Position numbers and translations under genes: made by a program. Shown here in pieces: positions 27,052 through 31,139 of a DNA stretch of 31,139 nucleotides. This DNA is from Candidatus Thorarchaeota archaeon (GTDB taxonomy: Archaea > Asgardarchaeota > Thorarchaeia > Thorarchaeales > Thorarchaeaceae). The stretch is from NCBI GenBank assembly GCA_048884785.1, contig JBHLQM010000022.1, forward strand, positions 15,664 to 46,802, written 5' to 3'. How positions within the stretch are numbered: the first letter of the stretch is position 1; each line of letters starts with the position of its first letter. The notes beneath the pieces are model-generated. The model was not told where the DNA came from. It ran no database searches and was given only the letters and a program-made list of their open reading frames with translations.

Positions 27052-27408
27052 CTATTCTTCAGTTTCGGATTCCTCTCGCATCGCCTGGATAGTCTGCTGT
27101 GCTAATCGTCGGGCAGCTTCCCTCTTCTTCCGTATGTCAGCAGCCTGTGTGCGTATCTCACCGAATAGTGTCTTTCTTGAGTTTATTGCCCTCTCAATGA
27201 GCGCAGCAACTGCTTCAGATCTGCTCTTGAATATCTCTAGCTCAACTAGCGCATCCAGAACATCCACAATGTCTGCACTCATGCGAGTCATGACGGATAT
27301 TTCGCGTTTCTTCAGCCCAAATCCATCAACGGATGCTCTTCCCAAGAACTCAGCTCTCAGGCTCTCTTGCAGCTGTACTCTCTCGCCCTGATTATCCTCA
27401 TTGCTCAT
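27052..27408 (-). CDS. Ribbon-helix-helix (CopG-like) regulator with C-terminal coiled coil
   Basis: VMTRMSADIVDVLDALVELEIFKSRSEAVAALIERAI fits the RHH pattern. Confidence 0.8.
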   Translation of the reverse strand: MSNEDNQGERVQLQESLRAEFLGRASVDGFGLKKREISVMTRMSADIVDVLDALVELEIFKSRSEAVAALIERAINSRKTLFGEIRTQAADIRKKREAARRLAQQTIQAMREESETEE

Positions 27409-27469
27409 GAGTCATACCTTCGACGAAAATCAATTGACCTATTGTCGAGCTGTAGTTAAACACGTAACG

Positions 27470-27500
27470 GTTATATTAATTTTCATGTAATACTATTACA
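27470..27500 (-). promoter_or_regulatory. TATA-like element plus adjacent perfect palindrome upstream of the RHH gene
   Basis: Minus-strand ATTAATATAAC (27480-27470) next to TGTAATA-C-TATTACA (27486-27500). Confidence 0.45.
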
Positions 27501-27547
27501 CATCACGGCTGCGAGTTTGGATTGCTTCGGTCCCTAAAACTCGTATG

Positions 27548-27579
27548 AAAAGGGGGTTGAACATTCGTGTGAGACCCCC
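27548..27579 (-). terminator. Probable terminator of the carboxyltransferase-thiolase operon
   Basis: Minus strand GGGGG-tctc-ACA-cgaa-TGT-tcaa-CCCCC-TTTT, ~20 nt after the DUF35 gene stop. Confidence 0.5.
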
Positions 27580-27598
27580 AATCTCCGTGGTGACTTCT

Positions 27599-27928
27599 TC
27601 ATTCTTTGACGGTGTAGATAAAACGACCTTCGCTATCTCGATCAATCTGCACTCTTGCACCGATTACAGTCTTTGCTTGCATCTCTTTCTTACCAAGACA
27701 TAGGACATTGGCCCCCTCATCGAGCTCAACCATAGCCAAAAGAACAGGAGGCTCAAATCCCTCTGGAGGCATCTCAAGCGACGTATAGGTTAGGATGATG
27801 CCATTTGGATTGATCTCAATCATTTCAGTTGTTGATGAGGGCCCGCAATAGGGGCAATTGCCTCTAGGTGGTATCACAACATTATGACAACTTGTACAGC
27901 GTGACGCCTGAATTCGCATCAGTTTCAT
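27599..27928 (-). CDS. DUF35 family (Zn-ribbon plus OB-fold) thiolase partner
   Basis: CTSC...PPR..CPYC, G.ILTYT, P.LLAMVELDEG. ATGA overlap with the thiolase. Confidence 0.93.
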   Translation of the reverse strand: MKLMRIQASRCTSCHNVVIPPRGNCPYCGPSSTTEMIEINPNGIILTYTSLEMPPEGFEPPVLLAMVELDEGANVLCLGKKEMQAKTVIGARVQIDRDSEGRFIYTVKE

Positions 27929-29097
27929 CCTCCGTATCTTCTAAGAATGGTTACTACCATATTGTTACCAAAACCACCGATATTGTGAGTTAATCCAACA
28001 TCACAGCCATTGACCTGAATTCCTGAAGGGGCTTTTTCAAGGAGCTGGCTAAATAGATCATGAATCTGAGCGAGACCCGTTGCTCCAGTAGGATGACCTC
28101 TGGCTTTCAGGCCTCCAGTGGGATTCACAGGTATATCCCCGTCTACTTCTGTCTGACCGTCCTTTATTGCTTGAATAGCAGCACCTCTCTCGACAACACC
28201 AATATCCTCCATGTTGATTATCTCGAGTATTGAAAATGCATCATGCAGCTCACAAACATCCAATTCAGATGGCTGTATTCTGGCCGTTTCAAAGGCACTT
28301 TTTGCAGCCTCCACCGTTGCTGCAAAGGAACTAAGCGATCGCCTATGCTGCACTGCGTGATAATCAGTTGCGTGACCAATACCAAGGACTCTGGCAGACT
28401 CTCTTTCTAGGCCTAGTTCACGTGCCATTTTTCCGGTGGCTAATACAATGGCAGCAGCTCCGTCGCTGGTTGGACAACAGTCGTATAATGTCAGGGGATC
28501 TGCGACAAAGCGAGCTGTACTAACCTTTTCAACTGTGATCTCTTTCTGGAAGTGTGCGAATGGGTTCTTGGCACCGTTTTTGTGAGCCTTGACAGGAATG
28601 AGGGAGAGCTCATCTCTAGTAAGTCCTGTGTCATGCATGTATCGTCTTGCTATGAGCGCAGCAAGTGCTGCCGGTGTCGCACCATATTTTGTCTCGTTCT
28701 CATATGACATCATCTTTGCCAGAATTCGAGACGCGGTTCCCCTCTCAACTTCCGACATCTTCTCCACACCAACAACTAGGACTAATTCAGCAAGCCCGGA
28801 TGCTACCATCGCATATCCGGTCTCAAATGCACTTCCCCCTGCTGAAGGGCCAGTTTCAACCCGTGTTGCACCGGTATGAACAAGTCCAAGTCTATCCGCC
28901 ACCAGTGTTGATAGATGACCAATCTGAGTGAACTCATCAGGATTCTGAGAAGATACAACAATCCTGTCAAATTTCTGGTCAAGGGTGTTAGATGCTTCGA
29001 GTGCCTTCACTGAGGCCTCTTCTGCCAAGTCAAGGATTGAACTCTCAAGGATCCCGAATTTTGTCATCCCTGCACCGATGATATGCACAGGCATCAT
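27925..29097 (-). CDS. Thiolase-fold protein (archaeal/SCPx type) lacking the nucleophilic Cys
   Basis: Motifs IIGAGMTKFG, GVEKMS, DCCPTSDGAAA, ELHDAF, NPTGGL...GHPTGATG, HNIGG. ETGPSAG stands where ExACASG is expected. Confidence 0.92.
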   Translation of the reverse strand: MMPVHIIGAGMTKFGILESSILDLAEEASVKALEASNTLDQKFDRIVVSSQNPDEFTQIGHLSTLVADRLGLVHTGATRVETGPSAGGSAFETGYAMVASGLAELVLVVGVEKMSEVERGTASRILAKMMSYENETKYGATPAALAALIARRYMHDTGLTRDELSLIPVKAHKNGAKNPFAHFQKEITVEKVSTARFVADPLTLYDCCPTSDGAAAIVLATGKMARELGLERESARVLGIGHATDYHAVQHRRSLSSFAATVEAAKSAFETARIQPSELDVCELHDAFSILEIINMEDIGVVERGAAIQAIKDGQTEVDGDIPVNPTGGLKARGHPTGATGLAQIHDLFSQLLEKAPSGIQVNGCDVGLTHNIGGFGNNMVVTILRRYGG

Positions 29098-29108
29098 TGG
29101 AGCACATC

Positions 29109-29636
29109 CTACTCAATTAAGACGATACAATCATTTGGGGTTACAGCAGACCCGGGCTCAACATTGACTTGTTTGACCTTTCCTGCCGAGCCAGCTTTGA
29201 GTTCATTGAACATCTTCATGGCCTCTAGTATGCAAACAGTCTGGCCACTCTTCACAGTGTCACCGACTGCAACACGAACCTCGGTGATTTTGCCGGGCAT
29301 TGGAGGATACACACCTCCTGGAATCCTTGGACCACTGGATTTGGCAGCTGTTGCAGAACTCGTAGTTGATTGTGTCTTGGCCACTTTTTGCCACTCGATA
29401 TCTCGTGGTTCGCCATTGATGTCTACGCTGAGCTGTGAACCTGTCTTCTTCAGAATCTTGATGACATAGTCGTTTGAAGTGTCATTGAGGGTCCAGGTGC
29501 CATCATCATTCAATCTCGTCTTTATGGTGAAGCTATCATCACCAACTTTGACAACAAGCAGCCCTCCTTCGTCAAGCTTGTCTACACTCACTCTGAACTT
29601 GCCATTGTTAATGCCAATATCAAACTCCGAGCTCAT
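29109..29636 (-). CDS. Biotin carboxyl carrier protein with N-terminal beta-rich (BT-like) domain
   Basis: PMPGKI..V.V.VGD.V..GQ...ILEAMKM.NE (biotinyl-Lys motif), preceded by a Ser/Thr/Ala linker. Confidence 0.95.
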   Translation of the reverse strand: MSSEFDIGINNGKFRVSVDKLDEGGLLVVKVGDDSFTIKTRLNDDGTWTLNDTSNDYVIKILKKTGSQLSVDINGEPRDIEWQKVAKTQSTTSSATAAKSSGPRIPGGVYPPMPGKITEVRVAVGDTVKSGQTVCILEAMKMFNELKAGSAGKVKQVNVEPGSAVTPNDCIVLIE

Positions 29637-31139
29637 TCATGGACCCCCCTGTTGCCGTGGCCGCATCTGATGCTTGCGACCCGAGGTTGCCCAGGCTGAA
29701 GGACTTCTATCCCAGCTTGCAGACCTTGTGGCATGAAGGGCTTCTCTTCCACCGTGTGCCCAAGCATCCCCAGATGCAGCAGCTCCAACCATTCCGCCGC
29801 TTGTCATGTTGCTGGAATGTAGGACCGTGGCAATTAATGCAGCCTCTAACTCAGGTGTGAGCAAACCAAGAGTCTTCTTCTTAGCCTTTCGCTTCAGAAA
29901 GTCAAGTGCGTACTGCGGAAAGAGCGCATATGATACCAGGTCCCGTGGTTCGTGAGGAATGTCCTTGAGCGCTTCTTTGGCAGCCGGAAGCTCAGGCTCA
30001 AGCAAGTCAGCAGGACGAACAGTGAGAGGCTCCTCATCGCCAATCGCCATTTTCTTGACCTCCTCGTCAACCGGAGCCGGTGGCCTTCCGTAATAGCCTC
30101 TGAAATATTGCTTCACCTCATGCGGAATCATGCTATAGCGTTTGCCAGTGATCACATTGAGTGTTGCTTGCGTTCCTACAATTTGGCTCGAGGGTGTCAC
30201 TAGTGGTGGGTATCCAAACTCGGCTCTCACCTTCGGTACTTCTGCAAGAACCTCATCATAACGATCAAGCGCCCCCTGCTCTCGTAGCTGATTATCAAGA
30301 TTTGATAGCATTCCGCCCGGTATCTGGAAGACAAGAACCTGTGGGTCCACTCCTTTCAGCGAGCCTTCGAACTGCTGGTATTTTCGCCGTATCTTTCTGA
30401 AGTAGTCAGCAATCTCAGAGAGCATGGCGAGATTGAGCCCAGTATCACGGGGTGTTCCTTTCAGCGCTTCCACGATTGATTCAGTTGCTGGCTGTGATGT
30501 TGCCATAGACAACGCAGAGATTGCACAGTCAACGACATCAACGCCTGCCTCTGCTGCTTTCAGATAAGCCATAGCAGCCATACCACTGGTATAGTGTGAG
30601 TGGAGCTGGATGGGGACGTCAAGTTCTTCTTTGAGCCCCTTGACAAGATCATAGGCCGCCTTGGGTGAGATAAGACCTGCCATGTCCTTTATGCAGATTG
30701 AGTCTGCACCAAGCTCATAGAGAGCCTTTGAGGTCGCAATGAAATTCTCGATGGTATGTACTGGACTAGTAGTGTAGCAGATGCTTGCCTGAACATGACC
30801 GCCTTCGCGCTTCACATACTTCATGGCAGCCTCCATATTGCGGACATCATTCAGGGCGTCAAATATCCTGAATACATCAATACCAACCTTTACTGCTTCG
30901 ACAACGAATGCCTCGAGAATGTCATCGGGGTAGTTTCTATAGCCTACTACATTCTGGCCCCTAAGGAGCATCTGCATCTTTGTATCAGGCATTGCATCGC
31001 TTAGTGTCTCAACGCGTTCCCACGGGTCCTCGTCAAGAAAACGCATCATGGAGTCGAAGGTGGCGCCACCAAACATCTCTAGAGAGTGATAGCCCACCTT
31101 GTTGAGCTTCTCGCAGATGGGTATCATGTCCTCTGTCTT
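29637..31139 (-). CDS. Pyruvate/oxaloacetate carboxyltransferase (PycB/OadA/transcarboxylase 5S type), 5'-truncated, with an extra C-terminal tail and no biotinyl domain
   Basis: Motifs GGATFD, MLLRGQN.VGY, RIFDALND, IKDMAG, HSH, QIPGGMLSN, GYPPLVTPSSQIVG. The frame is open to the window edge (KTED-MIPI). Confidence 0.95.
   Translation of the reverse strand, partial: KTEDMIPICEKLNKVGYHSLEMFGGATFDSMMRFLDEDPWERVETLSDAMPDTKMQMLLRGQNVVGYRNYPDDILEAFVVEAVKVGIDVFRIFDALNDVRNMEAAMKYVKREGGHVQASICYTTSPVHTIENFIATSKALYELGADSICIKDMAGLISPKAAYDLVKGLKEELDVPIQLHSHYTSGMAAMAYLKAAEAGVDVVDCAISALSMATSQPATESIVEALKGTPRDTGLNLAMLSEIADYFRKIRRKYQQFEGSLKGVDPQVLVFQIPGGMLSNLDNQLREQGALDRYDEVLAEVPKVRAEFGYPPLVTPSSQIVGTQATLNVITGKRYSMIPHEVKQYFRGYYGRPPAPVDEEVKKMAIGDEEPLTVRPADLLEPELPAAKEALKDIPHEPRDLVSYALFPQYALDFLKRKAKKKTLGLLTPELEAALIATVLHSSNMTSGGMVGAAASGDAWAHGGREALHATRSASWDRSPSAWATSGRKHQMRPRQQGGP

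Noticed and set aside
4723-29097. SCP2 plus thiolase as a split SCPx
   Set aside because: The genes are ~23 kb apart on opposite strands with unrelated genes between them; there is no evidence of linkage.
529-31004. Numerous 60-190 aa antisense or alternate-frame ORFs (e.g. 9151-9711, 18595-19137, 16475-16900, 24581-25006)
   Set aside because: They lie within or across well-supported genes and have no recognisable motifs; they are shadow ORFs.

Overview
An archaeal chromosomal window with 24 supportable CDS. The first and last run off the window edges. I see no rRNA, tRNA, CRISPR or mobile element. The gene content (archaeal-type thiolase/DUF35 pair, giant Ig-like-repeat surface protein, eukaryote-like domains) suggests an Asgard archaeon, possibly Thorarchaeia; this is inference, not a database result. 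Ordinary metabolic genes: panB, MFS transporter, PHP histidinol-phosphatase, GH36 glycosidase, FAH-family protein, a LeuBCD/AksFDE-like operon, acyl-CoA dehydrogenase, biotin carrier and pyruvate/oxaloacetate carboxyltransferase. The most unusual block is 6418-13541, with three adjacent membrane proteins. (1) A membrane-anchored protein of about 10-11 tandem winged-helix-like repeats resembling the eukaryotic UFM1 E3 ligase pair UFL1/DDRGK1. (2) Directly upstream, a P2-type ATPase with a rewritten ion-binding site (PEGLP to PINIP, M6 Asp to His). (3) Divergent from these, a subtilase with Site-1-protease (MBTPS1)-like architecture. Other notable points: a receptor-like giant surface protein with a duplicated helical, UBA-like cytosolic tail; a thiolase lacking its catalytic cysteines in a probable transcarboxylase operon; NADP-type signatures in the LeuB-like dehydrogenase; a candidate structured small RNA upstream of the MFS gene; and 15 of 24 genes ending in TAG. 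All homology calls are by-eye motif recognition from memory and need profile or structure searches.
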